Source: Nitrospirales bacterium
GTDB taxonomy: Bacteria > Nitrospirota > Nitrospiria > Nitrospirales > UBA8639
DNA: 64,000 nucleotides
Direction: 5' to 3'
Assembly: GCA_965203295.1 (NCBI GenBank)
Contig: CBDBCZ010000014.1
Coordinates: 993,920-1,057,919, forward strand
Shown here piece by piece: positions 1 through 13,295 of the stretch. The translations under genes were made by a program, and so were the position numbers. A model generated the notes under the pieces. The model searched no databases. It was not told where the DNA came from and saw only the letters and a program-made list of their open reading frames with translations. How positions within the stretch are numbered: the first letter of the stretch is position 1; each line of letters opens with the position of its first letter.

Positions 1-214
1 GATACGTATACAACTGAACCGTTCCTAGTATGAAATATGTATGTGAACAGACTGCTACGTACTTGCATGTAACATTAATTGAAGGATAATGATAGCATGC
101 TTCCCTTACACCAGAGTAAATTCTCACACACATTTTCACTGTGGGTGCAATTACGTGAAAATAAGTACTGGATACTGTTATGTACATGCGTACCTCTGTT
201 CTTCCAAAACTTAT

Positions 215-2675
215 ACTTCTGTGTTGCCTCCAAGGCAGTCCTGCAGCAACCGTGTCAGCTTAGAATCTCGATAAGGAATATACTTCACACCCGAGGTTGT
301 CAGTGCTATATTACCACCTTCACTACTACACCTTTGCAATTGACAGCATTTCCACTGGGAAAATGGCCATGTACACTTTAATCAAAGACTATCAGTGTAA
401 CAATCATTTTTTAGCATTCTAAAAGAGCTAGTTAAATAATAATATACTCATGTCACTGCTTAGTCTCGTGGGCCAGCCCACTTCTGCTTAGAGGGAAGGT
501 GGCCTGGGGAGCTGCCATACTGGCATGCGTCGCTCGGGAATTCAATTAGTTGTGCAACAGTCACATGCTGTTAGTGCATGCTATATATATAGCGTGGGAA
601 AATTACCACGTGTGAGTTTATTAGTGGCTATTGTCTAAAGTATATACTACCATAGAACTCCATTACAGAGCTATATTACCTATGGTACTACATTATACTT
701 AGTACTGCAGCGCAAGCGGTGCGACGGCACGATGAAATCGGATATTTTCTGCCTTGGCTGTGGCTGCAAGGCTTTGAAGGGAGGCAGAAGAATGCTGTGC
801 AGTGATGCTTCTCGAAATGGTTTACCAATGTGGGAGAAGATCTTTGACGCAAAGCTGCAAAAACTAGGAAAGGAGGCTGATAAACAATTAGTCTAGTCAG
901 TCTGGCCACGAGACTGGCTAGTCACTGCTGTAGGGCTTACGCCATTGACCGCACACCCACATACGCAGGCGGAGCTTGTAAGATCTCCAGTCCGAGGACA
1001 AGAACCAGAGCAACGAGATGTTTCACCATCTTGATCACCATATAATTTATTATTCATAGTAATATTCTAGATTAAACTCTTAACTGGTCATAATAATTAA
1101 AGTATACCTGTCCTAATTCTCACACCTTACAGCAAAGCCTGTTCTCAAAAATTTATTGAGAGTACTAAACTCTTTGCACGATGATACAAATATGCAGCAC
1201 AATAATCAGTGTACAATGTGTTGGCTAAGTAGTAAGTAACTCAGCTTCACACCTAAGGATTAATTACATAAACAGATTCATAGAGGATTCATTTTTGTCT
1301 TGAATTTTACCAAAATATTTATATGATCGTTATATGCAGCAATTAACAGAGATTGGGAAGCACACCCCTCCTGCTGTCTACTGATCATGAATCAAATTTT
1401 GAAGAATTATAGCTCTACCTACCTGTTTGTCCACTGGCAATGATGCTGCCGTTTTATCCAAGGAGCACGGAATCCACGCTACTTCTCACACATACATCGA
1501 ATATCACATCTTGAGTGGAGCTGCAGAATGTACAGTATGTACACATTAGGCAAGCATATGCTGGAATTCACTCCACCATTTGGCAAATAGAGATGTTCAT
1601 TTTTGTCCCCAGCCAGCAAAAGGCATGTATAGGAATGTAGCATTGGGGGTGGGACTACCCAGCCCACACCTCATGCATACTTGGCTGATCGTGTTCACGC
1701 AAAGGCCAGCAAGAGCGTGTTTCACTATCATGTCTTCAGGAAACATTTTTATCATCATAATTATGTATTACAGTACACAGAAAAAACATTATCAGAAGCA
1801 ATCTGCTATGTGACACTGTGCCTTGATTTTCCATTGTATGTACATAGTGAACTAACCTGGGTCCGAACACGAGATCATTGAAGAAATTGTGTGTTCGTGA
1901 TACGTCAGACCGTATTAGCTCTCCAATTCCGATCTGTGAAGGCACTTCCTTGTGCTCTGCATTAACCTAAACACACTGTGTGTGTACATGGAAGAAATAC
2001 ATTTACATGATGCTACAGATACATATGCATACATGGCAACCACAGTTATTTGCAAGAGGCAATAACTGTGACACTACGTTATAGCAGTTGTGATAGAGAC
2101 CCCACCAAACATTGTCAGGGACAGCGCAAGACTCTATGTCAAAGACTTTCAATGTCAATGGCTATCACTTAACGTCTAACAGTAAAAAATGTGTCAAAGA
2201 CTAGCTACTTTCAAGTTATTTCGTAGGTCTACAGAGGTTCGCACTCGAAAAAATACAGCCCTAACAATGCTACAGATGAAAGGCTCATCACTGATCATGA
2301 GCAGGGCAAGCTTTCTGGTTTCTACTCTACACAGTCTCCTGCAAGCTTTTGTAAACCTCTGTACCGACACGGGAGCTAGTCTCGCGAGTCTGACTGTACA
2401 GGAGCTAGCTAGCATAGCTGACCAAATTACAGTACAGAACGGGTAAGGTCAGTGGGGGGTAACTTCGGAAATTACAGTACACAACGGGTACATATTAGCG
2501 AGTACAAACTCACATGGCTTGAAATAGTTTTAATCTCCCGTTGTATGAGTGGCCTGACTCGTACAGCAACCTCTCCTCCCCTCCCTGGCGAGGATTCTCG
2601 ACGGTTCAGCGCACATGCGCAATTATTGTGTGAATGAATGGGGGTGGGGCTATCTAGACCTGTACCTGTACGCAT
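215..2675 (-). pseudogene. Kinesin motor-domain pseudogene, copy 1 (continues beyond the window start)
   Basis: Exons 2514-~2675 (VAVRVRPLIQRE), 1857-1966 (THNFFNDLVFGP), 1423-1520 (STQDVIFD..VDSVLLG*NGSIIASGQT) and ~215-320 ([19 protein letters not shown]); the first three splice in phase at GT-AG sites; TAA at 1454-1456. Confidence 0.9.
461..920. mobile_element. TAG..CTA MITE with 9-bp TSD (copies at ~11096, ~40423, ~51079)
   Basis: TIR tagtctcgtgggccag ... ctggccacgagact(ggc)ta; TSD gtcactgct at 452-460 and 921-929. Confidence 0.8.
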
Positions 2676-3294
2676 ACGCACAGCACTCAGAACTGTGTGG
2701 ACGCACGTATACATAGATATTATCTACTAGGTGAATGGGGCGAGCGTGAGCGAGTTCATCATGCCATAGATTATCTATGATCATACATAGCTGACTTGGA
2801 TATGCAGGGCTGGTAATGCATTACACTACAAATTTAATGAGAGACATTATAGAGCATGATATATTTTTACATGCAGCGGTATATTACAGTGGTAAACAAT
2901 CATCATTATGATATAGAAGGATAGGCTTATAGTTGAGAAAAACTCAAATGTTACTCTGGTTGTTAATGCCTGTGAATGCCAGTGACAATATTGAGGCTGT
3001 AGTCAAAGTAAACGGAGGGGCAGATAGGAGGGAAGTTTCGGTGACGTCTTCATCTTGCATGTGCAATGTCAACAAGTTAAGATTGGTGCCAAAAACATTG
3101 TGTTAGGAAATCGGTACCAGCAAGAAAGGTGAGCTTAGCACTCCACTGTTTCTTGAAGTGTTTCAGTGCTCGAAGAGCATCGCATATACCCAGCTGTTCA
3201 GTTGTGGGGGAGATTTGAGACTTGCCGACTGACAAGGCAAGCTATTAAAGTATGTGTCTAGTGACAGAACAGCTGCAATCTCAACACCAGTTAG

Positions 3295-3465
3295 CGGCCA
3301 CCAAATTATGCGAGCCACGGTCACAGATGCTGAAGGACGTGTATGCTGCTGTTGTGAATGATGATGACAAGTCCTTAAAGGCAGTTCAGAAGCTCCCGAT
3401 AAACACCACTGCAGAGAGGGATTACTCTGCACAGCAGACATGCCACCTTCTCCTCCAGCTACCAT
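3295..3465 (+). mobile_element. Helitron/Helentron Rep-helicase fragment (copies at ~13727, ~43257, ~53710)
   Basis: ATKLCEPRSQMLKDVY..SLKAVQKLPINTTAERDYSAQ(Q/E)TCHLLLQLP resembles the conserved ERDxSAQExxxLLxLP segment that follows the Helitron Rep domain. Confidence 0.7.
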
Positions 3466-3673
3466 GTCGCGGCATCGCGGGACTTCATCATCCTTTGTCC
3501 TTGCGCTGCTGCCCTGCGTTCTCGCCAGCGTGCATGTAAACTTGGTCTCCGCCTTCGCCGTGCTCGCTCGTTCTCTAGCCTTCTCTCCTTCTCCACAGGG
3601 GTTTCGGCCGCTCTCCTATCTCTGTAGCGCTGTCTACACAAGTCACTCATTCTCTCTCTCCGGAGTGCACGAA

Positions 3674-3727
3674 GTCTCGCGGGCCAGACTAACTTTTCGC
3701 GAAAAGTTACTCTGGGCCGCGAGACTA
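3674..3727. mobile_element. Minimal palindromic MITE of the TAGTCTCG family
   Basis: agtctcgcgggccagactaacttttcg|cgaaaagttactctgggccgcgagact; present in all four unit copies. Confidence 0.6.
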
Positions 3728-5359
3728 TACAGTGCACGCACGTGTTGTAAGGTAAATGGGGGTAACTTCGGACGCGCTTTTATAGGGGGTAACTCCGGAT
3801 ACTCGCTAGGAAACGATGCACAATGCTGCGCGCTGTATATCGCACATCGGCCTGGCGAGTGTCGGAAGTTACCCACGTGTCCGTTGGAGAATAATTGCCG
3901 CTGAAACGCGCGCCAACAGTTGTTGAAACAGGCATATGCATGCCAACGTTTTTACGGAATAGACCATGCACGGACGCGCACGCACGCACAGGTCTACTGG
4001 AAGGGGGGGGGGCGGGGCGGGGCTCACTCACGCTCGCCCCAAAAGGGTAAGTAATTGTAAAAATACAACAAATAAAATTATAATAAAAAAGAACACAACA
4101 GTTAAACATGTGATGACAGCTTCATCACATGTAAATAGTCACAAAGCAAAGTCTCATCCACTTGAATCTTGACTTCCTGCTTCTAAAACCATCTTTATGC
4201 TATGGTTCACGGTATTTGCATTTGAAATCACCACTGATGCACTCTCTGGTAAAGCTTGTAAATTTTCATTTGGGTGCTCTGATACTGTCGAGCTCCAGCC
4301 ACTGCTTGGGATGTGTGTGAGCTAGCTACCTGCACGGAAGTACAAACATTATACAATAATCAACATGATATTGTAGTTACAGAAACAATATAATAGAGCC
4401 AGTAACGCCTCGATACGAATCTGATCGATTAGTACGTATGCATAGCCTATTTGTAGAATCTGAATGCCAGAGCTCAGTATGTACATAACAACTTACAATT
4501 GTATACGCATTAAAGTAATAGCAGGATGATTATTGTTTTTGAAAGCACTGACAGGCTCATGCAGTAGCACTGTGACTTACTCTCTTCTTGTACAGCCTGG
4601 TATTTTTCTGCTGTAACTTTACCTTCTGGCTTCCTACCCTGGGAGGTGAAACATTGTATGAAGCCGGTGATGTAACGAAGAATAACATAAACACTTGGCC
4701 ATCATTGCCTCTACCAAGTGTCAGCTCTAGACTCTACTGCAAGCTCTATATGTATGCCACATCTCACAGTGACCTAATGCACTAGCTGTCACCATAGTCA
4801 CTGTTGATTCCAGAGGCATTTTTGCATGCTTAACGCAAAGAGGTACACAAGCAGTAAATCCTTATTGGTCCCTCTCTCTATCTGCACATGATTGCAGCCA
4901 TTCATGCCTTTCATTCTCCTTGAAATATCCTCAAGTGGCCTAACCAGAAATAGAATTTGTGATAGAGCCAAATTTTCAAACCATAAACTAAACAACTACT
5001 CAACCAAGGGAACAAAACTTTCAACCACTGCTCAAACTACACAGATGTATCACTATTATTCATCCAATCAGTGGAAATGTACTTAAACATTTTTGTATGT
5101 ATTTTTATCTTTCCTTATAAAGTTGTGTAGCAGTTTTATCAAAGAAAACACTGATGTACATGGACTTATACAGAAAATAATGACAGTCTTGCGTCTTCAA
5201 GACACGACAAAGACTAGTTATCTAGTTTTGATTCCCCCCCCCCTCCACACACACACACTATTTAAAAGTTAGGTATGCATTACATAAAAGTGTGCCAGAG
5301 ACAGGACACATGGCTAGCAGTTGCATTAATTACTGCCTATCTGTGATGGTAGGGAAAAT

Positions 5360-7480
5360 GGAGAAAAGGTGATAATGCGTGACAAAGCGGTGAGGTGGTG
5401 TGATGGTAAGATTAAGATTATGATAAGGATCATACTGGAGTGTGGTATTGGCAGGGGAGATAAACGGGGAGAGTGTTACAGACGATGTTCGAAAATCAAG
5501 GAATTGGTATAGATAGTTGAAATGAGGTGATTGAAAGGGCTAATTAAGATTTTCATGAAAACAGGAAAGAGTTTTTGGGCATTTTTTGGCAGGATCTTCA
5601 AAAGGTAGTCATAAGGGTATATTGCTTCTTTGAGGAGTATTCCAGGTTCATGTGCAACCAGCACTAAGGGAAATTTGGAAGTATTTACGTGAACATTATG
5701 AAAGGCTGGGTACAGCATCCGTAGATGATCAGTTTGATAGTAACTGGAAAGAGCATGTAGAGCAGAAAGTGACAGAGTATAGGGAAATGTCTAGACTACG
5801 GAAGGTTAAGGTTTTGGACAGGGGAATTATTTTGCAGAAATTTAACTAAAACCCCAAAGAACTAGAAGTCTCTAGCAGAGACATACCGATTGCCAATACG
5901 AACACGTGACCAGAGTCCGTATATACCCGACCCCCATTGTATTCTAGTTGTGACCGTATTAAAAAGGCAGAATGTACCATTGTTAAATAAGAAAGAGCTG
6001 GAGATGAAGCGTATGGAACCACTTTGGCGACTATCAGGTACACAACCGGACATTTTTTTTTAGATTTCAATGTTGCTGTTGTGTTTAGCAATCGCTTAAC
6101 CTTGCAAATCGCGAGATAGCCCGATTTTTGGGTGGACAGACAACGAACGAACGAACGCACGGACGAACAGACAGAATTAATCACTTAACCCTGCCACCGC
6201 CTACACACCGCGGGGCAATAATAATACAGGAGGTAATGATGGGTTAGTTGGGGAGCTTTTTAGGCACGGTGGCAAAGGAGTAGCTACATGTAGTCTGTTG
6301 AAAGTCTTATATGAAGTAGTTTGGACAAAGGAGAGTGTTCCTAAACAACAAGGACAAGTGTTAACTTTTAGCTTGTATAAGAAAGGTGATACTGAGGACC
6401 TGGGTATTTAGAGGCATTTCATTATTAAATGTGGGAGGAAAACTGTTCTAAACAATCTCATAGTAATCACATTAGAATGAGAAAGAGCTCTTCATGAAGA
6501 TTCAGAGAGAAAACGAGTCGTGTTGATAGAATTTTTGCTTTCAATGACACCATACCAGGTAGAATGAGGAACACTTATTCTTCTTTCGTGACGTTCAGAA
6601 GTATTTGACACAGTTTAACATGATGGCTTATAGTTTAAGGTATGAGAAATTTGTGTTAGGGGCAGGATGAGGTGAGCTATTGAGGATATCACACATAGTG
6701 CTGTTGTACTGGAGGCAGAAATATCTGATATAGGTCAGGGGGTGGCACAGGGTTGTAGTATGTCGCCTATCCTCTTATCTAACTTTATTAATCAGTTGTT
6801 AGGTGAGTTTGAGAAGGCTGTGATTGGCGTTAATATTAAGAAGTATGTTCAGGTTGGGGGTCTAATGTTTGCCCAAAGATTTTGTAGGTTTAACTACTAA
6901 CGCTCAGGACTGACAAACATTGATTAATGTATTACAGGGGTTTTGTAAAAAATGGAGTTTGAAATCTAACATACAAAAGAGTGCTGTTATGGTAATTTTT
7001 TTAAAGAGGTTGATATAAAGATATTCCAGAGGTTGTAAGTTACTGTTACTTGCTGGGCATTGAATTTGCAAATAATGGTTCATGAATAGCCATGTACAGA
7101 GGGTAATAAATAGTGGAAAGAAAAATCTACATAGGGTTTTAGTAACAGTAATATCAGTACAGTTACAAGAAGGATAAGTATTGCTAGTTTCAGTACTTCA
7201 CCCTGCTTTAGAATATGGTAGTGAAGTGTGGGCAGACAGCTTCCTGGAATTTTTCAGCTAGGAGATATTTGGCTGCTCTTCTAAAACATGTAGTGAAGCA
7301 GTAAGGGGGGGGGGGGGTATGGGGTTAGAATCTATTGAAAGGCAGGAGGCATCTATAGGTGCAAACTTAAGTGGTGTTATAAAGTCAGTAATTTGTATGA
7401 TGAGAGATATCCTAGCTTACTAGACAGTGAGTGGTAAGTGAAATTGTGCAGAGGTAGGCAGAGAAAGACCTGGAGGCAAT
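5360..7480 (+). mobile_element. Degenerate non-LTR retrotransposon reverse transcriptase (copies 17922-18844, 36049-36795, 45346-47463, 55795-56714)
   Basis: Frameshifted RT motifs: GNDGLVGELF, LYKKGDTED..RGISLLN, GVAQGCSMSPILLSNFINQLL, GLMFA-DFVG, WSLKSNIQKSAVM, LEYGSEVW. Confidence 0.85.
5860..6220. mobile_element. Non-autonomous Helentron/DINE-like element nested in the LINE
   Basis: Interrupts the RT frame; aactagaa plus hairpin gtctctagcagagac at one end; (ACGA/ACGG/ACAG)n microsatellite then ttaaccctgcc..cgcgggg(c/t)aat at the other. Confidence 0.6.
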
Positions 7481-9535
7481 ACGTGCTACAACAGCGACAC
7501 GAATATGTTAATACCTATCTGCATTATATCAGCTGCAGTTGATGTGCCATTCTTGTGAAATGTACAAACCTGTGAAACAGTGTATCCATTGCGGACAGTA
7601 CTGAAGTAAACAGAGTTACTCTTTCGAGTAGACCTAAAGGTAGAGCTGGCTTTACTGCTCGGGTACTGTGCCACACCTGAGAGAAGAGAGAGCAGGAATA
7701 TTAAGGTAATAACTGCATGGACAAACCTGTAAGATCTTACGATAAAGGAGCAGGTACACATAAAAGGCACCGCTCTTGTTGTCTACAAGTTTTCACTCAA
7801 GAGTTCTACTATAATCTTGTTCATGGCTAGGAATGATGATGACTTCTTGCACTTACTATTTAAGGTACATGTAGTGGTACCACATCATTGAACACATTAA
7901 TTACAACTGCTTGCTAACCCTTAGTCATCAATGTTTATAGGGGTGAGGATGTTACAAGACTAGTTTGCACTATTGCATATCTTCAGTTTGAACAAAATCT
8001 ACTTTTTCACTTCTTGGAACATAAAACAGTAAAACGCAAAATGCAAAATTTTGTACTTCGAAGTTCCCAAGAAAGCGTTAAAACCTTCTGAGACTTCGCC
8101 AAGGCAGAGGTTAAATGAATCTATTGGCAAAGTAAAGATTAACAGCTAGCTTCTACTGATGAATCAGGTAGTCCTCACAAACAGACACTTTAGTTCTTGT
8201 TCCAAAATCTGGCTCCAGGTGGACCAAATTTAAAAGGCCTAGCTACTTGATGTAGATGACCAGCTGCAAGTTAGAGACTCAGGTACTTTCCTTAATGGCC
8301 CCACTTTACAAACCTCATGGACTCACAGGATCCTCTTTCAATCTCTTCTGGTGTGTCTGGGTCATCCTGTGAGAAAGGGGGTATATTACGTACATATATG
8401 TATGCACAATCATATAGTCTGAGTATGTGCCTACACATACACTGCAACAGTAGCTATGATGGTACATGTATACAGATAATGCTATCATGCTATCATACTC
8501 TGACAATATATACCGGTACTATTGTATTGTCTATCATTTGAATGCATTCAATGGTGTGTTCACATGTTAGGCATTGTAGTTGTTCCAGTGCTGGTGCTAG
8601 CCATATTGGTTAGGCTGTGATTGGTTACCAGAGTGCTGCAGCGGGAGCTTTAAAGTAGTACAGCTTGGCTGGTAGCATTATCACAGCTGCTGGCAAAGCT
8701 GACCGAAAATTTCCATAGTTCATGGTAGTTCTATGTGTAACAGTCACCATGCTGTCGTGATCTGAGGGCTTGTGCTACCTGCGAAGGGCTTGGATCTGCA
8801 GAGTCAAAGCCAAGGGCTGGGCTCCCATCGTAAGGTTTGTGATTTTAGTATGAGCAAAAGGTTACCGTTTATTTGTACATATGATTAGCTAAGAGCTGAG
8901 CTGTTATTAACTTCGTATCTGGTCTTTTTTCCTCTCTCCATAAGTTTCTCCTTCACTGTAAGATTTTTTGTGGTGTAACACACATCACTCTATTTCACTG
9001 CATATTCATAGAGGCTGCAAGATGAGCGTGCAGAGGTGGAGAAACAGAGAGAGTACTTTACCAAGCTAAGGGAGGAATTGCAGCCTGGAGATAAACAGAA
9101 GGTGGAGTGCATGGTGCAGACTCACAATACAAAATCAACTGACTAAACTAGAGCTGGGATGGGCCAAAGAATTTTGGTACAATTTTTTTTGTGGCCAGCA
9201 TACCTGATAGTATTGCAATCTACTGCACATTCTCTATTATACGAAGATAGGTAAGTTTAAGTGCTACTGATTATTAATTGTAGGTGTTTACAATATAATT
9301 CTTAGGATAGACTAGTTTAGTGCAGGCGCAATTAATGACATCTCATGATTATATCAATCTTTCACTTGCTATGTATGTACATAGCAAGTGGTGGGGTTGT
9401 ACCTCTACAAAGATTTGCAGTGAACAGCTTTATAATGTTAATGTCAGACAGGGTAAGAACAATCTCAGGCCCAGCGAACCCCCTGCATGCACAGATTTGG
9501 AAGGTATTGGGGTCAAAGTACAATGTAAGATAACC

Positions 9536-12500
9536 TTTTCATCTCAGCAGCAAGCCTGCGCTCTAACTGTGACTCAGATTCATGTCTAATCCGATCTTTC
9601 GCCTAGTAGCAGCAAAGGAAAGGGAAATAAGTTCAAATATTTGCACTGTAATATAACGATCATTTGGACAGCTTATTGGAACACTTCAGACTCACTAATG
9701 TCTCTACTGCTACCATGAAGAAGCTGAACATTTAAGAAAACAATTGCTACATTATTCTGCATCCTAACTACATAGGTAAGAGTTGACTCATTAGTCTACC
9801 AGGCTATTGAAAGGTTCGTCACAACACTGCAGCTGGTTGCTGGTAGTATACGTATACATGTACAACTAAAATGATCAGTAACGTAATTTGGCAAAAACAT
9901 GCATATGTACACATCACACATATGTATGTTACTTCTCTACATACATCATTCACAAATTACATACCAATTATTATTTCCAGGTCTGCTATCTTGCCATACG
10001 AGGCATCTCTCTCAGGCTGAGCTTGACTCATTAGTTGTTGGTGGGCCTCCAGAACTGCTGCCTATGAAGGAAAGGTACTGGGAGAATCATTTCAACAGCA
10101 GTAGATTCAGCATGGCAGATTTGTCTCAATCGCACCCTTCCCACCTTTTGCTTTTGAGCTTTCTCCCTTTCTCTTTCAATCCTCTCAATTTCTTCATGAC
10201 CCAAAATATTCACCCTATAGCAGCGGTATGTAGATGTGGGCTGTATCTCAATTATCGCGAATAGCTAGTATGGTCTAGCTGTTGAGTCTGGTATGTTTGT
10301 ACACGTATTCTAGCTGTGGTTATATCTTAATTATTGTACTAATAGTATGAACCTGTGTTCAAGCTGTTGCTTCAACTTTGTGATCTCTTGCTTATAGGCT
10401 GACAGCAATGCTTTCTGTGACATGTCCTTGTTGATCTGCGCAGTGGTCTTGATACTTTTTGCCCTGAGTATTCAAATGCGGGTATAGAAAGAGAATACTG
10501 CTAAGAAAAAACTGATAATGGACATAATTAACTGTTTTAATAAGTGTAAAGACAAACCAATCTGAAGGAAAGCAGATTTAGCCAGTGACTCTGAACACAA
10601 CACTAGGTGTGCTAGTAGTGGTGGCTGCCAGCAGATACGTATACAACTCAACCGTTCCTAGTATGAAATATGTACGTGAACAGACTGCTACGTACTTGCA
10701 TGTAACATTAATTGAAGGATAATAATAGCATGCTTCCCTTACACCAGAGTAAATTCTTACACACATTTTCACTGTGGGTGTAATTACGTGAAAATAAGTA
10801 CTGGATACTGTTATGTACATGCGTACCTCTGTTCTTCCAAATCTTATACTTCTGTGTTGCCTCCAAGGCAGTCCTGCAGCAACCGTGTCAGCTTAGAATC
10901 TCGATAAGGAATATACTTCACACCCGAGGTTGTCAGTGCTATTACCACCTTCACTACTACACCTTTGCAATTGACAGCATTTCCACTGGGAAAATTAAGG
11001 CCATGTACACTTTAATCAAAGACTATCAGTGTAACAATCATTTTTTAGCATTCTAAAAGAGTTAATTAAATAATAATATACTCATGTCACTGCTTAGTCT
11101 CGTGGGCCAGCCCACTTCTTCTTAGAGGGAAGGTGGCCTGGGGAGCTGCCATACTGGCATGCGTCACTCGGGAATTCAATTAGTTTTGCAACAGTCACAT
11201 GCTGTTAGTGCATGCTATATATATAGCGTGGGAAAATTACCACGTGTGAGTTTATTAGTGGCTATTGTCTACAGTATATACTACCATAGAACTCAATTAC
11301 AGAGCTATATTACCTATGGTACTACATTGTACTTAGTACTGCAGCGCAAGCGGTGCGACGGAACGACGAAATCGGAAGTTTTCTGCCTTGGCTGTGGCTG
11401 CAAGGCCTTGAAGGGAGGCGGAAGAATGCTGTGCAGTGATGCTTCTCGAAATGGTTTACCAATGTGGGAGAAGATCTTTGACGCAAAGCTGCAAAAACTA
11501 GGAAAGGAGGCTGATAAACAATTAGTCTAGTCAGTCTGGCCGCGAGACTGGCTAGTCACTGCTGTAGGGCTTACGCCATTGACCACACACCCACATACGC
11601 CGGCGGAGCTTGTAAGATCTCCAGTCCGAGGACAAGAACAAGAGCAACGAGATGTTTCACCATCTTGATCACCATATAATTTATTATTCCTAGTAATATT
11701 CTAGATTAAACTCTTAACTGGTCATAATAATTAAAGTATACCTGTCCTAATTCTCACACCTTACAGCAAAGCCTGTTCTCAAAAAAGTATTGAGAGTACT
11801 AAACTCTTTGCACGATGATACAAATATGCAGCACAATAATCAGTGTACAATGTGTTGGCTAAGTAGTAAGTAACTCAGCTTCACACCTAAGGATTAATTA
11901 CATAAACAGATTCATAGAGGATTCATTTATGTCTGGAATTTTACCAAAATATTTATATGATCGTTATATGCAGCAATTAACAGAGATTGGGAAGCACACC
12001 CCTCCTGCTGTCTACTGATCATGAATCAAATTTTGAAGAATTATAGCTCTACCTACCTGTTTGTCCACTGGCAATGATGCTGCCGTTTTATCCAAGGAGC
12101 ACGGAATCCACACTACTTCTCACACATACATCGAATATCACATCTTGAGTGGAGCTGCAGGATGTACAGTATGTGCACATTAGGCAAGCATATGCTGGAA
12201 TTCACTCCACCATTTGGCAAATAGAGATGTTCATTTTTGTCACCAGCCAGCAAAAGGAATGTATAGGAATGTAGCATTGGGGGTGGGACTACCCAGCCCA
12301 CACCTCATACTTGGCTGATCGTGTTCACGCAAAGGCCAGCAAGAGCGTGTTTCACTATCATGTCTTCAGGAAACATTTTTATCATCATAATTATGTATTA
12401 CAGTACACAGAAAAAACATTATCAGAAGGAATCTGCTATGTGACACTGTGCCTTGATTTTCCATTGTATGTACATAGTGAACTAACCTGGGTCCGAACAC

Positions 12501-13295
12501 GAGATCATTGAAGAAATTGTGTGTTCGTGATACGTCAGACCGTATTAGCTCTCCAATTCCGATCTGTGAAGGCACTTCCTTGTGCTCTGCATTAACCTAA
12601 ACACACTGTGTGTGTACATGGAAGAAATACATTTACATGATGCTACAGATACATATGCATACATGGCAACCACAGTTATTTGCAAGAGGCAATAACTGTT
12701 ACACTACGTTATAGCAGTTGTGATAGAGACCCCACCAAACATTGTCAGGGACAGCGCAAGACTCTATGTCAAAGACTTTCAATGTCAATGGCTATCACTT
12801 AACGTCTAACAGTAAAAAATGTGTCAAAGACTAGCTACTTTCAAGTTATTTCGTAGGTCTACAGAGGTTTGCACTCGATAAAATACAGCCCTAACAATGC
12901 TACAGATGAAAGGCTCATCACTGATCATGAGCAGGGCAAGCTTTCTGGTTTCTACTCTACACAGTCTCCTGCAAGCTTTTACAAACCTCTGTACCGACAC
13001 GGGAGCTAGTCTCGCGAGTCAGACTGTACAGGAGCTAGCTAGCATAGCTGACCAAATTACAGTACAGAACGGGTAAGGTAAGTGGGGGGTAACTTCGGAA
13101 ATTACGGGTACATATTAGCGAGTAAAAACTCACATGGCTTGAAATAGTTTTAATCTCCCGTTGTATGAGTGGCCTGACTCGTACAGCAACCTCTCCTCCC
13201 CTCCCTGGCGAGGATTCTCGACGGTTCAGCGCACATGCGCAATTATTGTGTGAATGAATGGGGGTGGGGCTATCTAGACCTGTACCTGTACGCAT
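9536..13295 (-). pseudogene. Kinesin pseudogene, copy 2 (motor, neck linker and coiled-coil exons)
   Basis: Same motor exons (13134-~13295, 12487-12596, ~12057-12154, ~10850-10945); neck exon ~10353-10462 RAKSIKTTAQINKDMSQKALLSAYKQEITKLKQQLE; coiled-coil exons at ~10145-10215, ~9980-10062 and ~9536-9603. Confidence 0.88.

Noticed and set aside
941..1041. Signal-peptide exon MVKHLVALVLVLGLEILQA
   Set aside because: The paralog at ~25520 has two stops in this frame and no downstream partner exon was found; not excluded, but unsupported
3035..3060. Hammerhead ribozyme core on minus strand (ATGAAGA..GAAAC), also ctgatga at ~8156 and ~32592
   Set aside because: Conserved C of CUGANGA is missing, or no stem II/GAAA geometry
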